In this document: piece after piece, positions 28,100 to 37,665 of the stretch
How positions within the stretch are numbered: the first letter of the stretch is position 1
How the letters are laid out: every line of letters starts with the position of its first letter
IMG/VR virus record: IMGVR_UViG_3300031566_000016
Location: 11,154-75,153 of that record
Reading direction: 5' to 3' (one strand)
Length of the DNA: 64,000 bases
From: a virus
The notes under the pieces: model-generated
Databases searched by the model: none
What the model saw: only the letters and a program-made list of their open reading frames with translations
Told to the model about the DNA's origin: nothing
Made by a program: the position numbers and the translations under genes

Positions 28100-29332
28100 T
28101 TAGCCCGGCAGACCGGCAGTGGCGAGTGCCAGCTTGCGCCGCGCGCTACTGAAGGGCAGACCAGCTTCCATGTACCCGATGATCGCAGCGTGGTCTTCGG
28201 TGCCGGGGATGACTTCTCCGGCCGCCACGGCCGCCGCCAGCTTCTGCTCCTCGCTCATCCCGGCAAGGTCGGCCGGTGCGGAAGCCGCGACGTGCAATGC
28301 GGGCTTGTCGCCGCCCGGCGCCGGCACCGTCGGCAGGCTGCCGTTGTTGGCCTGCACCAGCGCCCAGTAGGCGGTCGCGTTCTCCTGGTTGGCCGGGTCC
28401 ACCTTGAAGGACGCCGCCACCTGGATCGCCTCGGGGGCGATGGCCCGCAAGTCCGTCTGGATCGTGCCATCCGGCAGCTTCGTCCCGACCGGGATGCGCA
28501 CGGACTCGAACTCGCGTATGGCTTCATCCAGCCGCGCCTGCGCCTTGGCCTGCTCGGACTCGGCCAGCAGCACCTCGACCTGCTTCTGCAGCTTGTCGTA
28601 GTCTCCGGCCTTCTCGGTCAGTTCGGCGATCTGCGCCAGGAGATCAGTCTTCTCGGTCTCCGCGGCTGCCAACACATCGGCCTGTTCCTGCTCCCAGGTG
28701 GCCTTTGCCGCCGCGATGGCTTCGTCAATCTGCGCCTGAATGTCGTCGGGCATGGTCGCCATCACTCCTTCGTCTGAAGTATCGGTAGCGGCAACAGCCG
28801 CCGTTGCTTCCTCGAATTGCGCGGACGCCAGGATCATGTGCGGCTGACCGCCATGCTGCGGCAAAGGCGTCAGGGCCGCCGCAATCAGGATGTTCCTGCG
28901 CCCCCAGTCGGGATCAGGCAAATCCCCAACCGTGTAACGCGGGGAGGTATAGGGCATGTTGCCAGCAGCGATCACCGGCTTGCCATACTCCGTCGGGGTG
29001 AATAACCCGTAGATACCCGGCCCATACTCACCACTCTCGTCAAACTTCAGATCGCTGTAGTAGGCATAAGCTCCGTCTGGATTCGTGCTGTGGTCAGCTC
29101 GCTCGTTGGCCGGGACGCCCAGGGATGTGGGGAAGCCATCCTTGAAGTTCGCAACCATCTCATCGAGCCACTCTCGGAGAATGTCAACCTCGACCGTCTC
29201 GAACTTTCCGGTCTTGGAGTTCCTCACCTGCAGGTGGTACTTGCCGAGGGGGACGACAGGAAGCCAAGTGGGCGTTCCGTCCTTGGGGATCGCGACTGCA
29301 CCGCTGGAGTTCCACGCCTGGGGGTAGGCCAC
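28100..29332 (-). CDS. Mu-like prohead protease/scaffold
   Basis: PLGKY...DH...YTSP...AAALTPLP; C-terminal coiled-coil scaffold. Confidence 0.8.
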   Translation of the reverse strand: MAYPQAWNSSGAVAIPKDGTPTWLPVVPLGKYHLQVRNSKTGKFETVEVDILREWLDEMVANFKDGFPTSLGVPANERADHSTNPDGAYAYYSDLKFDESGEYGPGIYGLFTPTEYGKPVIAAGNMPYTSPRYTVGDLPDPDWGRRNILIAAALTPLPQHGGQPHMILASAQFEEATAAVAATDTSDEGVMATMPDDIQAQIDEAIAAAKATWEQEQADVLAAAETEKTDLLAQIAELTEKAGDYDKLQKQVEVLLAESEQAKAQARLDEAIREFESVRIPVGTKLPDGTIQTDLRAIAPEAIQVAASFKVDPANQENATAYWALVQANNGSLPTVPAPGGDKPALHVAASAPADLAGMSEEQKLAAAVAAGEVIPGTEDHAAIIGYMEAGLPFSSARRKLALATAGLPG

Positions 29333-29347
29333 TTGTCACTCCAAACG

Positions 29348-29383
29348 AAAAGGCGCAAGCGCCTCGGGTGAGGCCCTTGCGCC
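29348..29383 (-). terminator. Intrinsic terminator-like hairpin just before protease RBS
   Basis: GGCGCAAGGGCCTC-ACCC-GAGGCGCTTGCGCC-TTTT. Confidence 0.6.
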
Positions 29384-29570
29384 ATCAGGGCTACCAGCGC
29401 GTTGCTCGTGGCTTGCGCCTCGTTCGCTTGCTACCGCGGGAGGGGCCTTCTCTCGAAGCACCCCTCCCGTTCCGCAAAGGAGGCGCATCGGGGCGAGTGA
29501 AGCGGCGCTGTGAGCTTCGTTCAGCAGGCTCTTCCCCTGCGCAGAGGAAGAAGATGCCTATCGCCTTGGC
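29384..29570 (-). ncRNA. Candidate structured RNA between portal and protease genes
   Basis: Several nested stems between promoter and terminator; no credible ORF. Confidence 0.4.
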
Positions 29571-29574
29571 ATGT

Positions 29575-29604
29575 AGTCTAGGCACGATGGTATCGCTTTG
29601 TCAA
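29575..29604 (-). promoter_or_regulatory. Sigma70-like promoter
   Basis: TTGACA-18 bp-TAGACT just after portal stop. Confidence 0.65.
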
Positions 29605-29635
29605 GCCCCTGTTCGAGAAAGTTGCACCACTCCGG

Positions 29636-31144
29636 TCACTGACCCGAGGTCTCCGCGAGGGGTAGTTGCATGTTCCCGGCCGTTCCTGCAGCCGCTTCTG
29701 GCACCGGCGGCGCGGGAGCTACGGATGCTTCTGACTGCGGCCCCACGGCCTCGCCCGGGCGCACCCCCACAGTCTCCTGCCACTCGGCCTGCAGGTCCGG
29801 CGGCACCCCACCCGGCTGGTCCTTGTACCAGACCTTCAGCGCCCGCGTGTACCGCTCCAGGTCGCGCACCGCCACCTTGCCGTGCTCCAGCGATGGAAGA
29901 CGCTTCGCCGTCGAGCCGTTCATCCGGGCAAAGTCCGGGATGGCCTCTGCGTTGAAGCGATGGCAGATCCAATCGGCGATGCCCTCCAGCAGGACCTCTC
30001 CGAACCACTGCGATGCCACCTGCGACAGCGCATTGCTGCCGCCAGACCCGCCCTGCGAGAGCACCACAAAGCCGGTGCCGAACACGTCATGAATCGCCTC
30101 GGTCTGTCGCTGAATGTGCATCTCGAACGGCACCGAGGCGTCGCCCATGTCGAAGGTCTTGAGTTCCCAGCCGTAGGGAATGTAGCCGCCGCTGTCCTGG
30201 GCCGTTGCGATGCTCCGCATGAAAGCGACCACCGCGTCGGCCTGATCCTGGACGATCTCCTCGCCCTCCGGTGCCACGGCGTAGGGCACACCACAAGCCT
30301 GCCGCTTGATGCGCACCCCGGCGTACCGCTGGTAGTCGTCCTTCTGGCAGTAGGCCCGGTAAGCCCGACGCAGACCGCCGAGACCCTCGGGGTCCCCGCC
30401 GTCGTCACACCACGACCACAGCAGGATCTCGTCACGGGCGTAGTAGACGTAGCGCGGCTCCATCGTGCGCGGGTCCATGCCGTAGGCGACAAGCCCGATC
30501 GCATGGCCTTCGGCGTCGAAGTCCCACTGCCAGACCGTGCTCGGTAGACGCGGCGCCAGCTCGTGCCAGCCGGTGAACGACTTGCCGCCGGTCTCCATAG
30601 AGCCGGTCTTCTGGTACTGCCAGGCGAAACCCTCGAAGAATGCCAGTGATCCCTCCCGGATCGCGGATGCGAAGGGTCGCGGCGGGACGTTGCTGCCGAC
30701 CTGATACTGGCCGAGGCCGTCATGGATGTTCCACTCCAGCAACTCGGCAAGTTCACCGTCTTCGCCGGGCAATACGTGGAAGTCCGTCATGGAGAGCGGG
30801 AGGGTGATGAGCAACTCGGAGATGCCAACGGCCGGCTCGCTGCGGCGCATCTCATTGAACTTGGTCATGCGCGATTGGATGTCGGAGAGTTCGGAGTTGT
30901 ACTCCTCGGTGACGCGGCCCACGCTGACGCCGAGGCCGGTGTTGCCAGCGGCCGAGGACTCGGCCGGGATGAGCATGGGGTTCGGGTTGGCGTTGTAGGC
31001 GTTGGCGAGGAGTTCCCGGCCGGACTCGGTCTGACGGAGTCCGGGGATGCTCTCGGGCATGACGACGTAGCGGGGTCCGGGGGCGGACTGGAGCTGGCGG
31101 ATGCCGAGGCCGCGCTTGATCTGCTGGAGGAAGGAGTCGGCCAT
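29636..31144 (-). CDS. Portal protein (Mu gp29/DUF935-like)
   Basis: Follows terminase; DPEGLGGLRRAY...GVPYA...GGSNALSQV. Confidence 0.85.
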   Translation of the reverse strand: MADSFLQQIKRGLGIRQLQSAPGPRYVVMPESIPGLRQTESGRELLANAYNANPNPMLIPAESSAAGNTGLGVSVGRVTEEYNSELSDIQSRMTKFNEMRRSEPAVGISELLITLPLSMTDFHVLPGEDGELAELLEWNIHDGLGQYQVGSNVPPRPFASAIREGSLAFFEGFAWQYQKTGSMETGGKSFTGWHELAPRLPSTVWQWDFDAEGHAIGLVAYGMDPRTMEPRYVYYARDEILLWSWCDDGGDPEGLGGLRRAYRAYCQKDDYQRYAGVRIKRQACGVPYAVAPEGEEIVQDQADAVVAFMRSIATAQDSGGYIPYGWELKTFDMGDASVPFEMHIQRQTEAIHDVFGTGFVVLSQGGSGGSNALSQVASQWFGEVLLEGIADWICHRFNAEAIPDFARMNGSTAKRLPSLEHGKVAVRDLERYTRALKVWYKDQPGGVPPDLQAEWQETVGVRPGEAVGPQSEASVAPAPPVPEAAAGTAGNMQLPLAETSGQ

Positions 31145-31206
31145 GAGGGGTCGCCTCGCCGTCGGGTTAGTGGCTTTGGCGGGGAATGGTAGTCCGTGGT
31201 GGGAGG

Positions 31207-31641
31207 TTAGTCAAGAGGGCGTGCGTGGAACACGACGACCGCCGATGCGAACGGGGCACGCCTTCCCACCCCATCCTGCTCAAAGTACAAACGGTTGCGG
31301 ATGAAGCGGATCTCGCCCTGCATCGCGATGTCGTGCCACCATGCCATGTCCGTCCGGCTAACCACGAGGCAGACGACGGTGGCCCCGCGCCGCGACGCAT
31401 CCAACGCCTTCTGCATCCACTTCGCGGTGTCCCGCCCATATGGCGGATTCATGAAGACAACTTCGTCTGACCAGTCCTGCGCGAGCCCGTCCTGCTCGGG
31501 TGTGAAGAAGCGGCGGCACTTAGCCGTCTCAGGCAGCGCACATGGATCCAGCGTGAAGTGAAACTCCGCGTCGAGTTCATCGAAGAACTTCTGCGGCGTC
31601 GCCCAGTCCTGTTTGCGCGGACCAGCATACTGCCCTATCAT
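31207..31641 (-). CDS. Phage DNA N6-adenine methyltransferase (Dam-like)
   Basis: WATPQ...FTLDPCA...DGLAQDW...FMNPPYG. Confidence 0.93.
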   Translation of the reverse strand: MIGQYAGPRKQDWATPQKFFDELDAEFHFTLDPCALPETAKCRRFFTPEQDGLAQDWSDEVVFMNPPYGRDTAKWMQKALDASRRGATVVCLVVSRTDMAWWHDIAMQGEIRFIRNRLYFEQDGVGRRAPFASAVVVFHARPLD

Positions 31642-33239
31642 CAGTACACCCTCCGTTCCGGCTCCACCTTGCCCAGGCTCACCACGCCGCTCCCCGTCGT
31701 CTTCTCCCCCACCAGCGCCCGCCGCGGCATGATCGGCAGGATCGTCATCATGTACGCATCCAGCACATCAGGGTGCTTCCCTCTTCGCTTCGCCGCCGCC
31801 GGCGACTCGATGTTGCCCTTCGCCGTCACCTTCGGGTTTGGCGCCGTCCGTAGTGCCACATGGATCATCGGCGTCTGCTGCTTCAGACACACCGCCCGCC
31901 CCTTGTCCATGACGCCCTTCGCCCCGCGGATGAGTCTGTCCCTCGGCACGCACTTCCAGTGCAGCTTCTCCACCGGGTCATACTTGTCCCGGTAGAAGTC
32001 GCCCCCGGTGAAGTTGATCGCCACGATGTCGTTGGGGTTCATGCCCTGGCGCTTGAACTCCTCCTTCAGGTAGGCGATGAACGTGGCGTCGTTCGTCCCG
32101 TCGATCCGCAGCTTACCCGGCCACTGCTTGTGCAGCGCGATCACGCGGGCCTCTTTCTCGGCTGACCCCCGCGGCAGTTCTTCCTCGTATACCGGCTGGG
32201 CCGGCCGCACGGTCAGGTCTGTCGCCACGAAGGCAGCCACGTCCTGACCGGGCCCGCTGTTGTCCACGGCGGTGCTGTACCGTCGCCCCGCCTGCGGCAA
32301 CGACCCGACCGCGACGGCCCCGGCTTCGTGCCTTCCCAGTGCCTCCGCGTCGAAGATCGGCGTCCCGACGCCGGCCGGTCGCAAGCCCTGTTCCTCCTCA
32401 AACAGTTCGTCGCCCAACCGCGCCCGCTCCGCCGCCTCCCAATCCTCGTCATGCCCCGGCACGAGGCCCTTCGAGACATACGGCAGGTACGTCGCGCCCC
32501 AGGCTCCCGGGTCCTCGCACATTGCCGTGAAGAAGTGCCCGGCATGGCCCGGCGTCGAGACCACGAAGGCCGGCGCATGGGGCACGTCGGTAATCATCGA
32601 GTAGGCGGCCTTCCAGATCGTCTCCAGGATGGCGATCTCGGCGGCCTCCTCGATCAGGAAGCCATTGCCGTCGAACGACCGCACCGAGGCCCCGGTGGTC
32701 GGATGCGCCAGCGCCGAGTTGAAGGCCATGATGTCGCTGGTGCCGCCGGCGCGCGGGTTGTACTGGACCTCCTCGTTGCCCGACTCGGGATTGATACCCC
32801 GTAGCCAGCGACGTTCGGATGAAGACAGCCGCGCCGTGCTGAGGGCGATCTTCACCTTGCGCAGCAGCGCGAGCGTCTTCGATCCCTTGTCGGCGATGAG
32901 GTGGAAGTGCAGGGAGCGACCGTACACGTCCATGTAGTGCATCAGGGCCCACGGCACGGCACCCGCGAGGAGGAGCGTCGTCCAACCCATCTGCCGCGAC
33001 TTGCGGACGAAGTAGGTGCCGCCCTCGGCAAAGTAGCGCATCCCGTCTTCCTGGTACTCCCAGGGATCGAAGACGATCATGCTCTGTGTCTTGGTCTCGA
33101 TCATGGGGCGCTTGTCGCGGACCCAGGCCACGGGGTCGGTCTTGTATGAGGGGGGGCCGGTGTCGGGGACGCCGGAGGGGAAGGCGCGCTTCACGATGTC
33201 GGCGAGGCTCTCGGCGCTACTCATCATCGCCCTCGTCAT
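31641..33239 (-). CDS. terL: Terminase large subunit
   Basis: Walker A RKSRQMGWTT, Walker B FLIEEAA, VSTPG, nuclease AVDNSG...HPDVLDA. Confidence 0.92.
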   Translation of the reverse strand: MTRAMMSSAESLADIVKRAFPSGVPDTGPPSYKTDPVAWVRDKRPMIETKTQSMIVFDPWEYQEDGMRYFAEGGTYFVRKSRQMGWTTLLLAGAVPWALMHYMDVYGRSLHFHLIADKGSKTLALLRKVKIALSTARLSSSERRWLRGINPESGNEEVQYNPRAGGTSDIMAFNSALAHPTTGASVRSFDGNGFLIEEAAEIAILETIWKAAYSMITDVPHAPAFVVSTPGHAGHFFTAMCEDPGAWGATYLPYVSKGLVPGHDEDWEAAERARLGDELFEEEQGLRPAGVGTPIFDAEALGRHEAGAVAVGSLPQAGRRYSTAVDNSGPGQDVAAFVATDLTVRPAQPVYEEELPRGSAEKEARVIALHKQWPGKLRIDGTNDATFIAYLKEEFKRQGMNPNDIVAINFTGGDFYRDKYDPVEKLHWKCVPRDRLIRGAKGVMDKGRAVCLKQQTPMIHVALRTAPNPKVTAKGNIESPAAAKRRGKHPDVLDAYMMTILPIMPRRALVGEKTTGSGVVSLGKVEPERRVY

Positions 33240-33939
33240 CTTCCGTCACCACCGACTGCCCCTCCACCCGTACCCCCTCAGCCTCCACGAAGTCCCCCAG
33301 CAGGTCCTTCGCCATCTCCTCGCCCCACTTCTCCGTCACATGGGCGAAGAAGCGCCGTGTCACCGCCGCCTCGACCTCCCGGCGCTCGTTGTCCGATACG
33401 CCGCCGAACTCCCGCAGTTCCCGGATCTTCTCGTACCCCCGCTCCAGGATGCCCTCCAACATCGCCAGCGCCTTCACCGCCTCCGCCGTGCTCTTGGGAC
33501 GCAGGGCCCCGAGACGCACCTCGTTGCCGGCGCGATCGTACAGGACCCCGACGGGTTCCCGTGTGTCCTCGCCCTCCGCCGGAAGCGGCTTCATGAACAG
33601 GTCGGCCCCGGAGATCGCCGTCAGTACCCCGCCCAGTTGCGCCTCCGCCGCCTTCACGATCTCGACATGCAACCGCAGCTCGCGATCCGAGCCGGCCGCG
33701 GCCTGTTGCGCCATGGCCAGGCCCTCGGCGTCCTCGAGTCGCACCTGCTCCCAGTCGCGGCCGTCGGGAAGGCCCTGTTCCTTCCAGTACGTGACGGTCG
33801 CGAGGGAGAGACCGCAAGTCTTGGCGACCTCGGCGAGAGGGTCTTCGCAGCGGCCATGGCGGGCGATCCAGAGGCGGCGGACGACGCCGGGCATGTCGGC
33901 GCCGGGCTGGCGGCCGGCAGTGCGGGCAAGCGCGCTCAT
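33217..33939 (-). CDS. terS: Terminase small subunit
   Basis: HTH LAEVAKTCGLSLATVTYWK...W; overlaps terL start. Confidence 0.7.
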   Translation of the reverse strand: MSALARTAGRQPGADMPGVVRRLWIARHGRCEDPLAEVAKTCGLSLATVTYWKEQGLPDGRDWEQVRLEDAEGLAMAQQAAAGSDRELRLHVEIVKAAEAQLGGVLTAISGADLFMKPLPAEGEDTREPVGVLYDRAGNEVRLGALRPKSTAEAVKALAMLEGILERGYEKIRELREFGGVSDNERREVEAAVTRRFFAHVTEKWGEEMAKDLLGDFVEAEGVRVEGQSVVTEDDEGDDE

Positions 33940-34481
33940 GGTTGATCCTTTGCTGCCAGAATGTCACCGTCGGCGATCAGTTGCTCGTGCAAGTCCTCTG
34001 GCATCTCCCAACCCCACACGCCCTGCTTGCCCTTTGCTGGCACCGGCTCGTCGAATAGCCGGATCGGGTTCATTACCCAGGCGTACCGGCCCGGCGAGAA
34101 GTCCCCCAACTCGCGGTCATGCGTGTCCGCGAAGACCGTCGGCTCCAATACCGGGATGTCCGGCCGGCGCATGTCCATGTAGCTCGTGCGGTAGCACCAG
34201 ATGAAGGAGCAGATGCCAACCACGGCCCCGAGGGGCAGGCCCGTCAGGAACTGCCGTAGATCGGTGATCCCGAGACAACGCATCATCAGCGCCACAGTCT
34301 CTTCCCCGACATCGTACTCATCGAGTGTGTTGGCCACCGGCGTCAAGCCCGCATGGATGGCGATGATCTGCCCCATGCGACAGGCCTTCGGCGCTGGCCA
34401 CGAACGGGTCTCAGAGGGCTTGTGGGGCGTCATCTTCAAGTTGGCGTACGGCTGGCGCAGCGTGAGGGTCGGATAGATCAT
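33936..34481 (-). CDS. ASCH domain protein
   Basis: LTLRQPYA...ETRSW...IAIHAG...LPLGAVVG...PAKGKQGVW. Confidence 0.9.
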   Translation of the reverse strand: MIYPTLTLRQPYANLKMTPHKPSETRSWPAPKACRMGQIIAIHAGLTPVANTLDEYDVGEETVALMMRCLGITDLRQFLTGLPLGAVVGICSFIWCYRTSYMDMRRPDIPVLEPTVFADTHDRELGDFSPGRYAWVMNPIRLFDEPVPAKGKQGVWGWEMPEDLHEQLIADGDILAAKDQP

Positions 34482-34648
34482 CACCGTCTCCGTTTCCGTG
34501 TCGTCTTGCGCCGTCGGCCCACCCGCTCCGGCAGCGCCCTCAGTCTCCGCGTGTGCCGCTTCCACTTCGCGTAGGTGCCCTTCGGCAGCCGCCCGGCATG
34601 TTCGAGCATGGCGATCTTCCGCGCCTGGCTCCGGCTCTTGAATGGCAT
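34481..34648 (-). CDS. 55-aa very basic protein (MPFKS-type)
   Basis: Not in ORF track: MPFKSRSQARKIAMLEHAGRLPKGTYAKWKRHTRRLRALPERVGRRRKTTRKRRR; GGAGG RBS; stop overlaps ASCH start. Confidence 0.7.
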   Translation of the reverse strand: MPFKSRSQARKIAMLEHAGRLPKGTYAKWKRHTRRLRALPERVGRRRKTTRKRRR

Positions 34649-34653
34649 AGGGA

Positions 34654-34893
34654 TCATCCTCCGTCCTGGTGCGCCTCGATGATCTGCCGCAGCAGCACAC
34701 TCGCCGTCAGCCCCTTCTCCTCGGCCTCCCGGTCCAGTTCGTCACTCCGCCACTCCTCCAGCGCGAATGACCGCACCTTCGTGTACTTCGCCTCCTTGAC
34801 GATCCGCGGCTTGCCCTTGTGGCCGCCCTTCTTCGGTCGCTTCGGCTCGCCGGGCAGCACGTCCGTCGTCTCCATCGTGTCCGTCACCGACAT
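34654..34893 (-). CDS. Ribbon-helix-helix-like DNA-binding protein
   Basis: KVRSFAL...ELDREAEEKGLTASVLLRQII. Confidence 0.7.
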   Translation of the reverse strand: MSVTDTMETTDVLPGEPKRPKKGGHKGKPRIVKEAKYTKVRSFALEEWRSDELDREAEEKGLTASVLLRQIIEAHQDGG

Positions 34894-34909
34894 TCTACTC
34901 CACCTGCCT

Positions 34910-35361
34910 CTCATGTAAAAGACTCGTCGCTGTCTGGAGGAAATGGCAGCGGGCCAGCCAGGGCCGTTGCTACCCGCGACGCCAGCCGCTCCTCGGCCTC
35001 GCCCAGCACGTCATCCGCCAACTCCGCCGCCTTGGCGTCCAACCGCCTCAGGATGCTCTGCTGCAGTTCGTTCATCTCCAGAAACGCCTGGTGCATAACC
35101 TCGTGGATGATCCGCCAATCTGTGCCCGCTTCATCGTATCCGTTCGGGATATAGATGCGTACCTGGTTGCGATGGTTGTGCCACTTGATCCGACCCTCCC
35201 CCATCTCGCCATTCCCCAGCGTCTTCCCCGGGCAGACAACGACCTCAACGGACGGAGCGAGTTGAAATCGATCCAGCCAATACGCCACGCGCTTCCTGAT
35301 CCAGGCTGGCCTCACTCGTCATCATCCTTCGTCGTCACCGGCTCGTGTAAAGACTCGTCGC
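34910..35361. repeat. About 20-bp imperfect direct repeat flanking the HExxH gene
   Basis: CTCATGTAAAAGACTCGTCGC (34910-34930) vs CTCGTGTAAAGACTCGTCGC (35342-35361). Confidence 0.65.
34911..35315 (-). CDS. Small HExxH (zincin-like) protein
   Basis: IIHEVMH...EERLA. Confidence 0.65.
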   Translation of the reverse strand: MRPAWIRKRVAYWLDRFQLAPSVEVVVCPGKTLGNGEMGEGRIKWHNHRNQVRIYIPNGYDEAGTDWRIIHEVMHQAFLEMNELQQSILRRLDAKAAELADDVLGEAEERLASRVATALAGPLPFPPDSDESFT

Positions 35362-35362
35362 C

Positions 35363-35620
35363 CTACTGCTCGTCCGTTGGCACTGCCCGCCCCCAGCGCA
35401 CGCCGGCCCAGAAAGCCATCCTCGCCAGCGACAGCGCCGTCGGCACGATCCCGAACAACTGCAGCCCCGGCACCATGCGCGCCAGCGCCGCAGTGAGCGC
35501 CTCCTGGATCAGCTCGGGAGGCATCCCCTTGAGCGAGTTGCCGGAGTCGAACTCGTCCAGCATCTCCCGCACAATGTCGCGCATCTCCGTGTCCAGCAGC
35601 GCCTGCAGATCAGCCTTCAT
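35363..35620 (-). CDS. Hypothetical protein
   Basis: GGAGG RBS; overlapping operon packing. Confidence 0.55.
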   Translation of the reverse strand: MKADLQALLDTEMRDIVREMLDEFDSGNSLKGMPPELIQEALTAALARMVPGLQLFGIVPTALSLARMAFWAGVRWGRAVPTDEQ

Positions 35621-35969
35621 CGGTCTTCGTCTCCTCCATCGCCGGCTCGTCATACGCCAACGCCACGACACTTTTCCCATTCATCTGCACCACGGCCATG
35701 GGGCACACGATGGTCGCTACGGCGTACCTGTCACTTGGCCCCTGCTCTATCCTGATCTCTCGCCACAGTAGCTCGTGTCCGTTGACCATCACGTGAGAGT
35801 TCATGCTGTGCCCCGATAACACGATCTGCACAGGGTGGACGGTGCCCTTGCCCAGGATCAACTCTTCACGCTCCTCGATGGCGCGCACCCGTTCCTCGTA
35901 GCGCCGTTGCTGCTCCTCGGCGGACACTCCGGGGATGCGAATATCAATGGCTACATCATCACGTCGCAT
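35610..35969 (-). CDS. Hypothetical protein
   Basis: AAGGAGG RBS. Confidence 0.55.
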   Translation of the reverse strand: MRRDDVAIDIRIPGVSAEEQQRRYEERVRAIEEREELILGKGTVHPVQIVLSGHSMNSHVMVNGHELLWREIRIEQGPSDRYAVATIVCPMAVVQMNGKSVVALAYDEPAMEETKTDEG

Positions 35970-35970
35970 T

Positions 35971-36189
35971 TCAGTCCTCCTTCGCAGTTGCCGTCTCCGG
36001 CTCGTGATACCAGCAGTTGCCCGCCATCGGGCAGCGCCAGTGGTTCTCCCGCTTCGGGTGGCCGCACAACACCGCCCGGCGGCCATTGTAGAGCCGCCCG
36101 AGCCGCACATGCGCGCAGTCGGCGCAGCCGGAGACCCCGACCGGGCCAGGCACCGTCTCAGTTGTGGTGGTCTGCGTTGCCATCGCCAT
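35971..36189 (-). CDS. Small Cys/His metal-binding protein
   Basis: CADCAH...LCGHPK...C...CWYHE. Confidence 0.55.
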   Translation of the reverse strand: MAMATQTTTTETVPGPVGVSGCADCAHVRLGRLYNGRRAVLCGHPKRENHWRCPMAGNCWYHEPETATAKED

Positions 36190-36976
36190 TCGCTCGCTCA
36201 TCAAGGGCCTGCGCCCGCTCCTCGTAGCCGCACTCGTAGCAGTCGAAGATCAGGCAGGGGCCGATGCCACCTTCCCACTCCTCGAAGGCTGTAAGCCACA
36301 ATGGATGTCGTTCGCCGCCACACTTGGGGCACCGCCCCGCGTCCAGCACCGTATCCGCCAGCGGCACTGCGGTCTCTGACACCGGTTCCTCGCGGGCAAT
36401 CACCAGCGGCCCGAAGTCTGGGATCTCCCGCGTCTTCATCACCGACACCACCATGTTGCCCGCCTCGTCCTGTTTGAAGCGCAGGATCAGCGACGCGCGT
36501 TCCCTCCAATCCGAGCAGGCGATGTCCACGACGGCGGCTTGACGCCAGTTGCAGACGATGGAGGACAAGGCCGCGGACAGACCACACTCCACCTGTGCCG
36601 CCACGACAACCTCGTGGCCCTCAAAGCCGACACACTCGACCACACTGCCATCTGTGAGGCGGGCTGCCTGTAGCATGAGTTCCTTCAACACCTCGCCGAA
36701 CGGCTGCGGCTTCGGCTTCGGTGTGGTGCCCCGCGCCTCATCTAACAGCCGCTTCGCCAAGACGAAGTTGTCGCTTATCCCATCATGGTCAGCTTGTTCG
36801 GCTTCCACCCGATAGTCGTAGTGATCGATCAGGTACTGGCCCAACTCCTCCGCTGCCTCCTTGCAGGCGAACAGCGCGTCGTGCTCGCTCTGCGGCAGCA
36901 CCACCAGCGCCTCGCCCTCCGGCCCCATGTTCCTCAGCATCATCTCCACCTGCTCACGGCTGAACTGCACGGCCAT
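36158..36976 (-). CDS. Hypothetical protein with C-terminal zinc ribbon
   Basis: CPKCG...CYECG; GGAGGT RBS. Confidence 0.6.
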   Translation of the reverse strand: MAVQFSREQVEMMLRNMGPEGEALVVLPQSEHDALFACKEAAEELGQYLIDHYDYRVEAEQADHDGISDNFVLAKRLLDEARGTTPKPKPQPFGEVLKELMLQAARLTDGSVVECVGFEGHEVVVAAQVECGLSAALSSIVCNWRQAAVVDIACSDWRERASLILRFKQDEAGNMVVSVMKTREIPDFGPLVIAREEPVSETAVPLADTVLDAGRCPKCGGERHPLWLTAFEEWEGGIGPCLIFDCYECGYEERAQALDERANGDGNADHHN

Positions 36977-37007
36977 CTCGACACCTCCGTTTCGCTTGCC
37001 CAGCGCC

Positions 37008-37436
37008 CTACTTGCCTTCGTTCCCGAAGGGGTCTTCACTATCCCCCTCCGGGCCGTGGCCCTCCTCCGGAGCCACCTGCGTCGAACCCTTGGCCGCCCG
37101 CCGCCGCTCCGTCTCCGCCTTGCTCTCCAGGAAACGCACGTCGCGCGCGATGACCTCCACCGCGTACTGCCGCTTCCCGCCCTGCCCCTCCCACGACCGC
37201 GACTGCACCCGCCCCTCGATCCCCACCAACATCCCCTTGTCGCAGTACTCGTCCACCAACTCTGCCGTCTTCTGGAAACACACGATGTTCAGCCAGTCGG
37301 TCTGTCGTTCCCCGCCCTCCGACTTCATCCCGCGGTCCACCCCCAGCCGGAACTTCGTGACCGGCATCCCCGACGGCGAGTACTTCATCTCCGGCTCGTT
37401 CGCGAGCCGGCCGACCAGCACCACACTGTTCACCAT
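37008..37436 (-). CDS. ssb: Single-stranded DNA-binding protein
   Basis: NSVVLVGRL...KGMLVGIEGRVQSRSW...acidic EDPF tail. Confidence 0.95.
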   Translation of the reverse strand: MVNSVVLVGRLANEPEMKYSPSGMPVTKFRLGVDRGMKSEGGERQTDWLNIVCFQKTAELVDEYCDKGMLVGIEGRVQSRSWEGQGGKRQYAVEVIARDVRFLESKAETERRRAAKGSTQVAPEEGHGPEGDSEDPFGNEGK

Positions 37437-37443
37437 CTGCGCC

Positions 37444-37647
37444 TCACTCCTTCTCCAGTAGTTGCCCGCGGCAGTACGCTCCCCAGTCGGACTCCAATAT
37501 CCACCCCTGTAGCAAGACCACGCCCGATCCCTCTCGGAACGCCTGATCCAAACCAGCCATCCACGCCTCATCGGCCGGCGGGCCATGGGCGACCATCGCT
37601 CGCCCCTCGCCATCATGTACCACCACGTATACGTGCCGCTTGCCCAT
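37444..37647 (-). CDS. Hypothetical protein
   Basis: GGAGG RBS; fills gap. Confidence 0.5.
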   Translation of the reverse strand: MGKRHVYVVVHDGEGRAMVAHGPPADEAWMAGLDQAFREGSGVVLLQGWILESDWGAYCRGQLLEKE

Positions 37648-37665
37648 CTGCCATCGCCTCCCGTA

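Noticed and set aside
29391-29585. 64-aa ORF between portal and protease
   Set aside because: Start lies inside the promoter spacer, no RBS, and sequence is dominated by hairpins
28100-33939. Transposable Mu-like phage
   Set aside because: Head genes are Mu-like but no transposase A/B is present; replication genes are initiator/primase-helicase type
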